A DNA stretch of 61,158 bases, counting the filler, from Thelocarpon superellum (lineage: Eukaryota): NCBI GenBank assembly GCA_026025795.1. It is 2 parts of 2 records of this genome, joined end to end, with 100 filler letters (N's around TTAATTAATTAA, not from the genome) between each part and the next. Parts side by side here need not be neighbours in the genome. Positions count along the whole stretch, not along the records: positions 1 to 30,533 come from JAPEUG010000201.1; positions 30,634 to 61,158 come from JAPEUG010000202.1. One strand, written 5' to 3'. The translations under genes were made by a program, and so were the position numbers. Shown here piece by piece: positions 24,835 through 39,373 of the stretch. A model generated the notes under the pieces. It was not told where the DNA came from. It searched no databases and saw nothing but the letters and a program-made list of their open reading frames with translations. The stretch's first letter is position 1. Each line of letters opens with the position of its first letter.

Positions 24835-25522
24835 ATCGAAAACCGAACCACATTCGAGGATGAGAATGGAGACGGAAGTCTCATGAAGGAAAGCCTCGGC
24901 ACCGGCTTGGAATGCGAAACCTACGGCAATGGCACTCGAACCCCACGATTTCCAGACTACGCTGACTAGTCCGTCCAAGTGGTGGTGTAAGGGCCCAGCG
25001 GGCCGAGGTCGAAGGCAGAAAGTGATCGACGTCTCTCCATCAGGTTTAGGTTTCCCCGTCGCGTGGTCGCGACACGATCTCCCATGCCAGGTCTCTGACG
25101 CCAGATCTCCCCTGCGTCCAAGGGTCTACGAAGGGTGGATCTTCATGCCGCCCAGATCAATATCAGGCCATGCTACAGCTGAATGCGCATCAATTGTAGA
25201 CCGTTCATGTACTGTAGGTGGAATGAGACCCTGGTAAGTTACCGGTGGTGTCCGACTGGAATGGTAGACTGCTCAGTACGTACTTCGTACCTTGGGACTC
25301 GTGCTCCCGTACTACTGCGTACATTGACCGCGCTCGCATCACTTAACGAGTGACCTAAGTTGAGCTTAGTTGCGCGTGAGAACTGACGTAATTCGCGATC
25401 GTGTTCCCCATCAACGCGTCGCCTGTCGCCGAGACCAGAACGTTTCCGCACCAGTCTACCAGTGGCGACGCCCACGAGCCAGCGACGTGAGCAATTCGTC
25501 ACGCCAAGGTCGTTTGCCAAAG

Positions 25523-27025
25523 ATGGGTATTAAACGTGAGTGGGCCAGGTTCAATTTGGTCATCTCGTGGTGTCCTGGCCGTCTTCTCACTTCGCGCGTG
25601 GGCGTCGGAGGGTGGGGCGGGCGTGGTGGCTGACCCTCGTCTCTTGTAGAACTATACCAGGTCATCAAGGAGCATGCACCCGATGCGATCAAAGATGGCG
25701 AGATCAAAAATCACTTTGGGCGGAAGGTGGCGATTGTGCGTCTCTCACGTCCCATCCACGCCACATTCGCGACCGCATTGAGGGCTATGGACGATGCTAA
25801 CTGATGGCGTAGGATGCGTACGTTTCGTGGCATCCGTGATTCTTCATGCGTGGTCTCTGACGGGTGCGAATATGGTGCAGTTCCATGAGCATCTACAGCT
25901 TTCTCATCGCCGTTCGGTCCGATGGTCAGCAGCTGATGAGCGATACGGGCGAGACCACGTCACACCTCATGGGCATGTTCTATCGTACCCTCCGCATCGT
26001 GGACAATGGCATCAAACCTCTCTACGTCTTCGACGGAGCACCGCCCAAGCTGAAGTCTGGCGAGCTGGCCAAACGCTTTCAGCGTAAGACCGAAGCGACG
26101 GAAGCCCATGAGGAGGCCAAGGAGACCGGCACGGCGGAAGAGGTGGAAAAGTTCTCGCGACGGACGGTCCGGGTCACGAGAGAACACAATGCAGAATGCA
26201 AGAAGCTGCTGAAGCTGATGGGCGTGCCGTACATCGACGCCCCGACCGAGGCCGAGGCGCAATGTGCGGTGCTGGCGCGGGCAGGCAAGGTCTACGGGGC
26301 CGCGTCGGAGGATATGGACACCTTGTGCTTCGACACCCCCATCCTCTTGCGGCATCTCACATTCAGCGAGCAGCGCAAGGAGCCCATCCAAGAGATCCAC
26401 CTGGACCGCGTTCTGGCCGGGTTGAACATGGAAAAGCCACAGGTAGGGCACTCCTTGTCCCAAACTTCAGGGCAGATGCTGAGGCGTGGCGTGCGCCCGC
26501 TAGTTCATTGATCTGTGCATTCTGCTGGGCTGCGATTATCTTGACCCGATCCCCAAAATCGGGCCCAACACGGCGGTCAAGCTGATCCGCGAGCACGGCA
26601 CGCTGGAGGACGTGGTGGAGAGCATCGAGAAGGACTCGAAGAAGCGATACACCATCCCGGACGATTGGCCATACAAAGATGCTCGGGAGCTCTTCTTCCA
26701 CCCAGACGTGCGCCAGGCCGACCATCCAGACTGCGACTTCAAGTGGGAGGCGCCAGATGTAGAAGGGTTGGTGCAGTTTCTGGTGGTGGAGAAGGGGTTC
26801 AGTGAGGAGCGGGTGCGGAATGCGGCCGGGAAATTACAGAAGAATCTGAAAACGGCGCAGCAGTCGCGTCTGGAAGGATTCTTCCAGCCGGTCGCAAAAA
26901 CGGAGGAAGAGAAGGCGAGTATGAAGCGCAAGGCCGAGGAGAAGATTGACGAGAAGAAGAAAAAGCAAAAAGCCGAGCAGAAAGCGAAGAAGGAAGCGAA
27001 AGCGAGGCCGAGGGGCACCGCGTGA
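25523..27025 (+). CDS. FEN1: Flap endonuclease 1 (Rad27/Fen1), 4 introns with a 5-nt micro-exon
   Basis: [57 protein letters not shown] and PIP box QSRLEGFF. Confidence 0.97.
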
Positions 27026-29299
27026 GCGGCGCGTGGTTGGCCTGTTGCCTTCCCATAGGCCTGATGCCGGCTCATGGGCCTGATGCCCATGGCGAAGTCT
27101 TGTCTCGCCCGGCGAATGTGAGCAGACAGCCTGGCATGGTCCGTGCGTGGCGACTTCTCCACCCTGCACGCCCGGGGCTCCGGAGCTCAAGCTTTGCCGG
27201 TGTCGCGGATGCTGCACCACGCCATGACGTGGGGCAGCATCCATGTGCTCTCCGAGCGCTCTTACAGGGACACTCTTGTACGTACTGTAAATTAGCTAGC
27301 GCTGAGCGTATGGGAACTCTTCGAGCATCGACAACGGTGACGCCGGGATTGGCGGACCGGCGGGTTGGTGGATATGTGGACGTGACCGGCTGCGGGGGCA
27401 CGGGCGCTGTCGAGCCTCTGCGACTTCCGCCACCGTCCGCGGCGATGGTGAGCGACTGATGGGCCGAGGTGCATGGACTAGCAAGATCAACCGACGACCG
27501 GGAGAGATGCAGGAGGCTAAGGCAAACCCACTGGATCATGCGCCGGATCGATCGAGGATCCACTGCCCCGGTGCGGAGAGCATGCCCTAGAGTAGATGAG
27601 CATGTTGACGAATTGACGAATAATACCGTTGTGAGGCGCCTCCAACACAATTGCCTACGAAATATTCGCAGGGGGCGTCTTCCGTGGGCTCGCCTCGGCG
27701 CTCGGTCGCTTGGCGGGACTAACAGGCTAGGGCCCCCCGTGCGCGAGTCCGGGCCGGTCATTGGTTCATTCAACGTCCATCCATCTCTTGCCCTACGAAC
27801 CTGCGACCTTTTGAGCCTGACAAGCGCAACGAGGGATGTTGCTTTCCCGCCGAGCGCCTCCTCACTGCCGAGACAGGCAGGCGATAAGAGCGCAGACACT
27901 TCGCTGGCTGCAGATGCGCCAAGCACACGCCGCCGGGGGGCTTGTGAGCATGACTTCCGACCAGCATCAGGGTTCAGCGTCGATCGGTCGGTCGCATGGT
28001 CGGTAGCCTGGCTGAGACGACGAAAGCCACGGAGAAGCGCAAAGACCACACCACGAGTAAACGTGGGGCGAGAATATCACCGAGGGCGCGAGCCAGTAGT
28101 CCGCGGCAGTTTCGGGAGGACCGGAACGTTCGCCAAGCTCGGAGCTCGTCATCACAACAGATCACGTTGCCACGGTCTCGCCTGTGACTTGTACGAGTAC
28201 GGCGTCTCGTCCAGTGGCGCGGGCAAGCTCTGGCCGGAAGTCCATTCTCAAGCGTCAAAGACGCGGCGCAAGCGACCGCCTACGAGGCACAAGCGCTCCG
28301 TTGGTGAGGTAAAAGAAAGGGCGATGGTCACCGTGGAGCTACGAGTCCTTGTCCCGGTGCCATCTTCGGCATCGTCCTGAACGACAGCCAGGCTCTCCTG
28401 CCGCAGCCCCGTGATGCAGACCAGCATCCGCAGGAACCACAGGGTGACGGTCTTCTGTTGGCGGCAGCACGGCGCAGGTCTGGTCGATCGTTGCGGTGGG
28501 TGACACGTCGCTCTCGTGGGGCAAGGGTCCGCGCTAGTCGCGTTGGAGCTCCACCTCCGACCCTGGACGCATGCGTGCGGCCTCGAGCCGGCCGGGTGCA
28601 GGATGTCGACCCCGCCTGGGCTGCAGAGGGTGGGCAAACCAGGGTGCTTCTAGAACGGGCCCGCTTGGTTCGGGGTGCGTGCAAGAGCCGGGGGGGGAGA
28701 AGTAGGAAGGGCGAGCGACGTGCGACCTGGGTCGCTGCTCGGGCGAGAAGACGGATGCGAGTGGTTAGGGTGCGGTTTGTGTGCGGTCGGGTACGCTAAG
28801 GTCCTACTGAGCTAAAATGATGCGAGCGATGCCGGCAAGGCGAGAGTCCTGGGCCTCCCACCCAACGCCGGGACCCCCAAGCTACTCCGAATTCTGCCCG
28901 TCCCGTGCGGTCAGGCAGGCTGATGAGTGGCCCATATGCAAGTGCTGGCGGACGGCATGCCCGCACCCCGGTGGTCGACAGGGTCCCGCGGTAGTGCGCC
29001 AAGGGCTTGGGACATCCCTCGCTCGCCAGCTGGAACAGCTCCCACTGCCAATACCTGCCTGATTGGTCCGGCCCAAAGCAACGGGCTCCGTGTGCTGCAG
29101 AGCCTGATGCAACCCGCTGCAGCTCTGTGTACTGCAGAAAGAAACGAGGAGTGACCAAACAGCCACACTGTGGCCTACGGACGTGGGGAGCTGGAGAGGC
29201 ACGAGGACAATAATAATCCCCTCCCCTCCGATCATCCCATCACGCCCGCAGTGTCCTCGCTCCACCTCTCCCACTGCTCCTCTCACCATCACTGCCGCA

Positions 29300-30533
29300 A
29301 TGGCCGTCGAAACTGCTGGCGGCAATGCTGCCTTCCACAACTTTCACAATGACTTTGCCCACATTGCTGATCCCAACGAGCGTCGTCGGCTTGCGCTCGC
29401 CGAGATCGACAAAGCTCCCTTTGGCTGGTACCATGTTCGCGCGGTCATCGTGGCCGGCGTGGGCTTCTTCACGGATGCCTATGACATCTTCGCCATTGGT
29501 CTAGTCACGCCGATGCTGGGGGTGGTTTACTGGCAGGGTTCCAGCAAGGGGACCATTCCCTCGGCCAACGACACCGCCATCAAGGTGGCCACCTCGGGCG
29601 GCACCGTCATCGGCCAACTCGGTTTCGGCTGGCTCGCCGACGTCGTGGGTCGCAAGAAGATGTATGGGCTGGAGCTCATCATCATCATCGTCGCCACCCT
29701 GGCCCAGTCGCTGGCCTCGCAATCCCCCGGTATCTGCATCACTGGCATCATCATTTTCTGGCGCGTCATCATGGGCATCGGAATCGGTGGCGACTACCCA
29801 CTTTCGTCCATCATCACCTCGGAGTGAGTCTCCCCGCGCCCGATTCTGCGGGCGTCACTAAAGCCGTCTAGATTCGCGACCACCAAATGGCGCGGCGCCA
29901 TGATGGGCGCGGTGTTCTCCATGCAGGGATTCGGTCAGTTCGGTGCGGCCATCATCGCCATCATCACCTGCGCGGGATTCAAGGAGTCGCTCCTTCTTGG
30001 AAAGAGCTTCGCCACCTGCACTGGAGATTGTGGGCTCGCCGTCGACAAAATGTGGCGTGTCATCATCGGCTTTGGCGCCGTCCCGGGCTGCATCGCGCTC
30101 TACTACCGCTTGACCATCCCGGAGACGCCCCGCTACACCTTCGATGTCGCGCGCGATGTGGAGAAGGCGGGCGAGGACGTCAAAGCTTACGTTGAGGGAA
30201 AGCATGAGGGCCACCCGGACGAGGTTCGACGTGTGCAGGTCCTGGCGGATCAAGGCGACCACATCGCCATCCCCAAGGCAAGCTGGGCCGACTTCTTCCA
30301 CCATTACGGCCAGTGGCGCTATGGATCCATCCTGCTGGGCACGGCTGGCTCGTGGTTCTTCCTCGACGTAGCTTTCTACGGACTCGGTCTGAACACGCCC
30401 ACCATTCTGTCGGCCATCAACTACTCCGGTGGGAGCAATTGCTACGAGATTTTCTACCGCACTGCCGTGGGCAACCTGATCATCGTCTGTGCCGGCTCCA
30501 TTCCCGGATACTGGGTCACGGTCGCCACGGTGG
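29300..30533 (+). CDS. PHO84: High-affinity phosphate:H+ symporter (MFS, Pho84/Pho-5 type), truncated by the contig end; one intron about 29824-29871
   Basis: Motifs GFFTDAYDIF, GWLADVVGRKKMYG, signature GGDYPLSSIITSE/FAT..RGAMM, TIPETPRY and WFFLDVAFYG. Confidence 0.95.
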
Positions 30534-30633
30534 NNNNNNNNNNNNNNNNNNNNNNNNNNNNNNNNNNNNNNNNNNNNTTAATTAATTAANNNNNNNNNNN
30601 NNNNNNNNNNNNNNNNNNNNNNNNNNNNNNNNN
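30534..30633. other. Artificial contig-joining spacer (N44 + TTAATTAATTAA + N44)
   Basis: Exactly 100 nt, with a palindromic linker giving stops in all six frames. Not biological sequence. Confidence 0.95.
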
Positions 30634-31346
30634 TATAGTACTACTCGGACTGCGTTCCTGCGGCACAGATCGCATCTGAGCGAGGCGAAGTGAACCTGCT
30701 CGGCATCTGAAGCTCGTGCCGACGCTAATTTCACCACCCTGCCTTCTCCTGGCCGTGCCGCGTGTCTACCTCATTCGTCGACGACATCAACGCCTGTCCG
30801 CTTGGTCGTGTTTTTAGGTGTCAACAAACGGGCACGAGGTCACTTCTCGACGCCATGGCCTTATCCTGATGCTTAATATCGGCGCCATGATCTCCCTGGA
30901 CAGACTCCCATGGCTTTGTGGAAGCTGAGGTCGTGAATTTGCAGGGGTGTCGGAGGCTCAGCCTCGCACCTATTTCTCGTGACTTAAGTCGTGCAGCGTG
31001 GCCGGGCCTAGAATTGGTGGACTTCCACGCCGCCAACGGCGATGTCCCCGAAGCTAGTGCAGATGCAACGGCGCTCGGTCGGCGAACCCGCAGTACGAAG
31101 AGTTTTCGCGCCTCGTGAGATCCCTGATGCTGGAGATTACGTTCCTTTCAATGTACGTAAAGTCGGAGCTTCAAAATGGCATTCTCCAATCATGTACACC
31201 AAACGTTCTACCTACTCGTCCGGAGAACTTAGAGCCAAGCAAATCAAGACTGGGTATACAGCCTCTAGACTTGCGCCAAGCGGGCCTCCACGGTCACAGT
31301 GGGCCTGGCCATGTCATTGCCGCGTCAGTACCGCGTCTTTACCGCA

Positions 31347-32189
31347 TCACGACCTTGCCGCGGCCCACAAACGCGTCACCCGGTCCCAATACCCGGCCTC
31401 ATCCTTTCTCATGTGTCCGACATGATCGCCGTGCATCTTCTCAAGCGTTGCCTCCCATCCCTTTGCTTGAGCTTCGCGTGCATGGTCCTCGACATCTTTC
31501 CATCCGACGAGTCGATCCGCCTCGGAATAGATGTAATATCTCGGTGTTTTGATGGGGACTATCTCTGGATTGTTCAAGTCGTTTCTCGTTCGCGCGAGCA
31601 CGTCGTTTCGTCGAAATAGCCGATGAGCCAACCACTCAAACCCCACGTACATGGCCGAAATAAAGTACACCCACACCCTTATCAGCAATGGCTTGGGCCG
31701 ACCCTGGTAGGCGTAGGCCAACACCTTCTCAAGGGTCACGCGCCCGGGTGCACTGTCAATGACCATGGCCCGTACCGACAGCAGCTTCCCCGTGGCCTGG
31801 CGGTATGCTCTGCTGATGGTGCAGAATTTGTGTGCGCCACCGTTGGAGAATGTGTGAACAAGCAACTGGGGGTCGGCATCAGCGCGGAGAGCGTCGACGG
31901 CGGGACCGACCCGCTGGACTTGCGTAGCGAAGGAGCGGACGTTGAAATCGGGAGTCGTGGTTTCGACGGTGAGGATGCGGGCACCGGGATATCGAAGGGC
32001 ATAGTGGGCAGAGTATTTGGCCACATGGCGCGGATTTGCGGACATCCATCCACAGATGAGAATGGTGGTCGGCGGGTCGGTGACGACGGATGTTTGCGAC
32101 ACGGCCGTATCAATCTGCTTCAGGTCTTTGGGAGGTTCGTAGAGAGAGACGATCGCATTCAAGCGGCGAAACGACTCGAGAGCCATCAT
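31347..32189 (-). CDS. DUF829/TMEM53-family alpha/beta-hydrolase-like protein
   Basis: Motifs CGWMSA..HVAKY, HTFSNGG, IDSAPG, YIYSEADRLV and HVGHMR. Confidence 0.85.
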   Translation of the reverse strand: MMALESFRRLNAIVSLYEPPKDLKQIDTAVSQTSVVTDPPTTILICGWMSANPRHVAKYSAHYALRYPGARILTVETTTPDFNVRSFATQVQRVGPAVDALRADADPQLLVHTFSNGGAHKFCTISRAYRQATGKLLSVRAMVIDSAPGRVTLEKVLAYAYQGRPKPLLIRVWVYFISAMYVGFEWLAHRLFRRNDVLARTRNDLNNPEIVPIKTPRYYIYSEADRLVGWKDVEDHAREAQAKGWEATLEKMHGDHVGHMRKDEAGYWDRVTRLWAAARS

Positions 32190-32774
32190 ACGTTGCAGGG
32201 AACTGGAGCCCCGCACCAAGATGATAGGGAGGATCAGATATCAGATGCAAGATGGATGAGGGGTTGGGAGTTTGTGTCCCGTACGTACGAAGGGCAACGT
32301 GGAAAGCAGGATACGAGAACTCGTGAAGCGGCTGAAACGGAGGAACGGAAGGACTCTCCTCCGACCGGTCAGGATCGGGAAAGATTAGTCCGACTTATGC
32401 TGCACCTCATCTATCTTGATAAAGGGGCGGACCTGTCCAACGATACGAGGAGACATCATGCAATGAGTGACACTTGCAGACACAAGAAATGAGTGTGGAA
32501 TTCTCAAGTGAAAGTCGCTCCACGTGGACGTCCGAGGAGCTATGGTTGGCACCGGTGTGCGAGCAAAGATAGCTCAATGCCCCTCATCTTGGGACGTTTC
32601 GAGTAGGCGACTACAATTGTGAGAGCACTAGGAGAAGTGACCGACTGCAGCAGTACTATTGCAAGCAGTAGACGCGCGAGACTGGATTCCATCTCAAGAT
32701 CGCTCTCTCTGCTCAACCGTGCCAGACGCCTTCGACCTAGACACGTTAATCCTGCTGTATCCCCCACCTACGTC

Positions 32775-33434
32775 ATGTCGGCAACGGAGCCCCTCTTCTC
32801 CCCTGCCCTCATATCCACCGCCATTGCCTCGACTCTACCCAGAGGTTACACCATCCGACCCTTACAACGGTCAGACTACCAGGGCTTCCTGGATGTGCTG
32901 AGGGTCTTGACCACCGTGGGCTACATCAGCGAGGCCCAATGGAATGAGCGGTATGACTGGATGAAGCGTCATAATGACCAATATTACATGTTGGTCATCT
33001 CGGATGGCAGCAAGGTGGTCGGTGTCGGGACCGTGCTCGTGGAACGGAAGTTGTAAGTGACGCTCTCTGGATTGGCCGCCAGGCCGCACGAGCAGTAGAT
33101 CTGGAAGGCTGATTCGTTCTTAGCATTCATGACCTGGGGTTGGTCGGACACATCGAGGATATCGCTGTCGCCAAGGACCAGCAGGGGAAGAAACTGGGAT
33201 TGAAGATTATCCAGGCGTTGGACTATGTGGCTGAGCAGGTTGGCTGCTACAAGGTGGGTTCTACATCCTGCATTTCTTGTTCCGGTCCAAGGATGGAATG
33301 CTGACGCCATTTAACGACAGAGCATCCTTGACTGCTCTGAAGCCAACGAGGGATTCTACCTCAAATGTGGATTCAAGAGAGCTGGGTTAGAGATGGCGCA
33401 CTATTATGAGAAGCCAAAGGATAGCGAGGTTTAG
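32775..33434 (+). CDS. GNA1: Glucosamine-6-phosphate N-acetyltransferase, 2 introns
   Basis: LPRGYTIRPL, LTTVG, VERK/FIHDLGLVGHIEDIAV..QQGKKLG, GCYK/SILDC..NEGFY.KCGF. Confidence 0.95.
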
Positions 33435-33623
33435 AGCACCTGTCCTAGAATGTCTGAGTGGATGGATGACGATGACGAGTGGCGCCGAACGAGATGGCTT
33501 TTGGATTCTTAAGACGTAGAAGCGTCGTGGTGGACGTTGACGCTCAATGTCATGCTCCGCTAAAGACCTCTTAACTATCGCCAACCCATTCCACCAGCGG
33601 ATAAACCGACAGATTTCCCACCT

Positions 33624-35357
33624 ATGATGCCATTTGAACCACTCGATCTTTGCTCAGCAAATCCGCCACCTCTTTTTACCGCCAAGCCACCGAAGAAATG
33701 GCGTCCTGCGTATTCACACCCGTGCAGCTTCAACTCCAGCATCTTCCTCGACGTGATGCTCAACCTGATCAAAAACCCAAACATCACTTCAAGCCATCTC
33801 TTTCGCGCCGACATTGTCTACGATAGCGAGGGAGAGTTCGTAAGTGTACGGCAACCATCAACTGGAAGTGATTCTGCACGGGATGTCGGCGTACGAGAAA
33901 TGCAGGTTGAAGGGTATGAGCACGAACGGACGCTCGTCCGGAAATTGATTCCCCGGAATCCACAGCTTGACCGGCCGTTGCTCCAGACATGTCATGTGTT
34001 CGGCAAGATTCCTTCCGATCCACGTCCAGGACAAGACGCCCTCGTCACTTTCATCCCACATGTCTCGTCAGGGGAGGAGGTCCCATGGTACCATCCGCAA
34101 GTTGAAGCTCTGGCCTTTCTCCGCTCCGCTGGCTACCTGTCGATCCACATAGCACCCTTTGCAAGCCCAGACTCGCTCGAGATTCCCAATCGTCTTCAGC
34201 GAACGCTCCGGCACCTCCTCCAAGTCATCCACAAGCACGGCAGCGGATTAGCAGGGGGCTATAAGAAACGCACGCACCACGACCAGATCATCGCGCAGCC
34301 CATCTACCAAGACACGTACACCCGGCTCAAAGCAGCGCATGCCACGCGTCTGATCAACGGCTGGGCCGAGACCACTGACCCCACCAAGCACGTCTTCGAG
34401 GACCTGGGCATCGCTGCGTTTCTCATCGAGCTGTGGCGCTCCATGTACCCGTCTGATAGCTTTCCGGGCTTCGTCGATATCGGATGCGGCAATGGCGTGT
34501 TGGTCGACATCCTCCTACGCGAAGGCTGGGACGGGCACGGAGTCGACGCACGAGCGCGGAAATCGTGGCTCACTTTCTCGCCGGAAGTTCGGGCCCGGCT
34601 GTCAGAAGAAATCATCGTGCCAGAGCCATTGCAGGGCGAGATTCCCGCCGTCGCTACATCCGTATGTGTCGAGAGCGAGATGCCAGATGATGCAAGTCCT
34701 CAACGTGAGACGACCGAACGTATCACCGCAGAGCCAATCTTCCATAATGGCATCTTCGGGCCCCACGGCGTCTTCGTCATCAGCAACCACGCGGACGAGT
34801 TGACGGGCTGGACCCCATTCTTGGCAGCGCTGTCTCGATCGCCATTCCTGGCTATTCCGTGCTGCAGTCATGATCTAGGCGGTGCTCGGTTTCGAGCGAA
34901 GGCGGCACATGCTTTCGCATCTACAGCTCAGTCTCCTATCTCCACAATCCCAGAGCGTCAGAAAGAAAAGAAGCCGGAGGTCAACAATATTGATGATCAG
35001 AAAAAGGAGAAGCAGAAACAACCATCGGCATACAGCGCCCTGGTGGGATGGATCGAGCATCTAGCACTCGAATTGGGATTCGAAGTGCAGAAGGAATGGT
35101 TGCGTATTCCGTCCACCAGGAACGCTGCGTTGTTCGGTCGACTACCTTCTCTTCCGTCCTCCTCCTCGATCACCTCACCTTCTTCTCTTGCATCTTCGCG
35201 TCCACTGGTTGAGGAGGAAGAGGAGGACAGAAACAAGGACACGAGGAACAGAGTCGAGAGACTTCTCTTCGCCCACGGAGGCGGGAAAGGATGGGTTCAG
35301 CGGGCGCTGAAACTGCGCTTACAGACGCCTTCGACCGGTGAAAAGTGCCCTCGTTGA
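33624..35357 (+). CDS. TRM44: tRNA(Ser) Um44 2'-O-methyltransferase
   Basis: Motifs NPNITSSHLFRADI, KHVFEDLGIAAFLIELW, FVDIGCGNG, NHADELT, PCCSH and LRIPSTRN. Confidence 0.9.
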   Translation: MMPFEPLDLCSANPPPLFTAKPPKKWRPAYSHPCSFNSSIFLDVMLNLIKNPNITSSHLFRADIVYDSEGEFVSVRQPSTGSDSARDVGVREMQVEGYEHERTLVRKLIPRNPQLDRPLLQTCHVFGKIPSDPRPGQDALVTFIPHVSSGEEVPWYHPQVEALAFLRSAGYLSIHIAPFASPDSLEIPNRLQRTLRHLLQVIHKHGSGLAGGYKKRTHHDQIIAQPIYQDTYTRLKAAHATRLINGWAETTDPTKHVFEDLGIAAFLIELWRSMYPSDSFPGFVDIGCGNGVLVDILLREGWDGHGVDARARKSWLTFSPEVRARLSEEIIVPEPLQGEIPAVATSVCVESEMPDDASPQRETTERITAEPIFHNGIFGPHGVFVISNHADELTGWTPFLAALSRSPFLAIPCCSHDLGGARFRAKAAHAFASTAQSPISTIPERQKEKKPEVNNIDDQKKEKQKQPSAYSALVGWIEHLALELGFEVQKEWLRIPSTRNAALFGRLPSLPSSSSITSPSSLASSRPLVEEEEEDRNKDTRNRVERLLFAHGGGKGWVQRALKLRLQTPSTGEKCPR

Positions 35358-35476
35358 TGCTGCACTGGTAGACATCCCGTCTTCGCCTTTCTGTACCTAC
35401 ATGATACTGTGACTAGAACGTGCAGCGCCATGACATACATCTCTAACTACTTGACATCTTCCATTCGATCCAGTCA

Positions 35477-39088
<3,612 letters not shown>

Positions 39089-39373
39089 GGTCACCGATCT
39101 CACGACCGTGAGGTCGTCCCTCCACTCTATGATTCGTGCAAGGTCGAAAGTCAGATGAACTTCGCAGCCGTTGTTCGACACGTCCAACGAGCGACGCGCC
39201 GTGGCGAAGCGGCGTAGTCACAGTGAGAGGCCTACGGGAGAGAAGACACGCCTAAACGGCATATCACGTGATCGTCATTCTATCATACGTGCAGGGATCC
39301 GCCATTGCCATCCCAACCTCATATATCCTTTGTATCCCTGGGGCGACCCCCTCCCCCACACCGCCGAATCCGT

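Noticed and set aside
27072..28380. Overlapping 325-aa and 303-aa ORFs
   Set aside because: Arg/Ser/Pro-rich, non-AUG starts and no domain signature. Consistent with chance ORFs in GC-rich DNA.
30534..30633. TTAATTAATTAA palindrome, apparent PHO84 pseudogenisation, and synteny across this point
   Set aside because: Artificial contig linker. The truncation is technical and the two halves may not be adjacent in the genome.
31347..32189. DUF829 gene as a sign of an indole-diterpene or other secondary-metabolite cluster
   Set aside because: No prenyltransferase, cyclase, P450, PKS or NRPS nearby on this contig end, and the family is widespread.
39263..39272. Single E-box sites (ATCACGTGAT before SMC5; CACGTG near 32521 and 57951)
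   Set aside because: Plausible Cbf1-type sites, but isolated hexamers are too common to support a claim.
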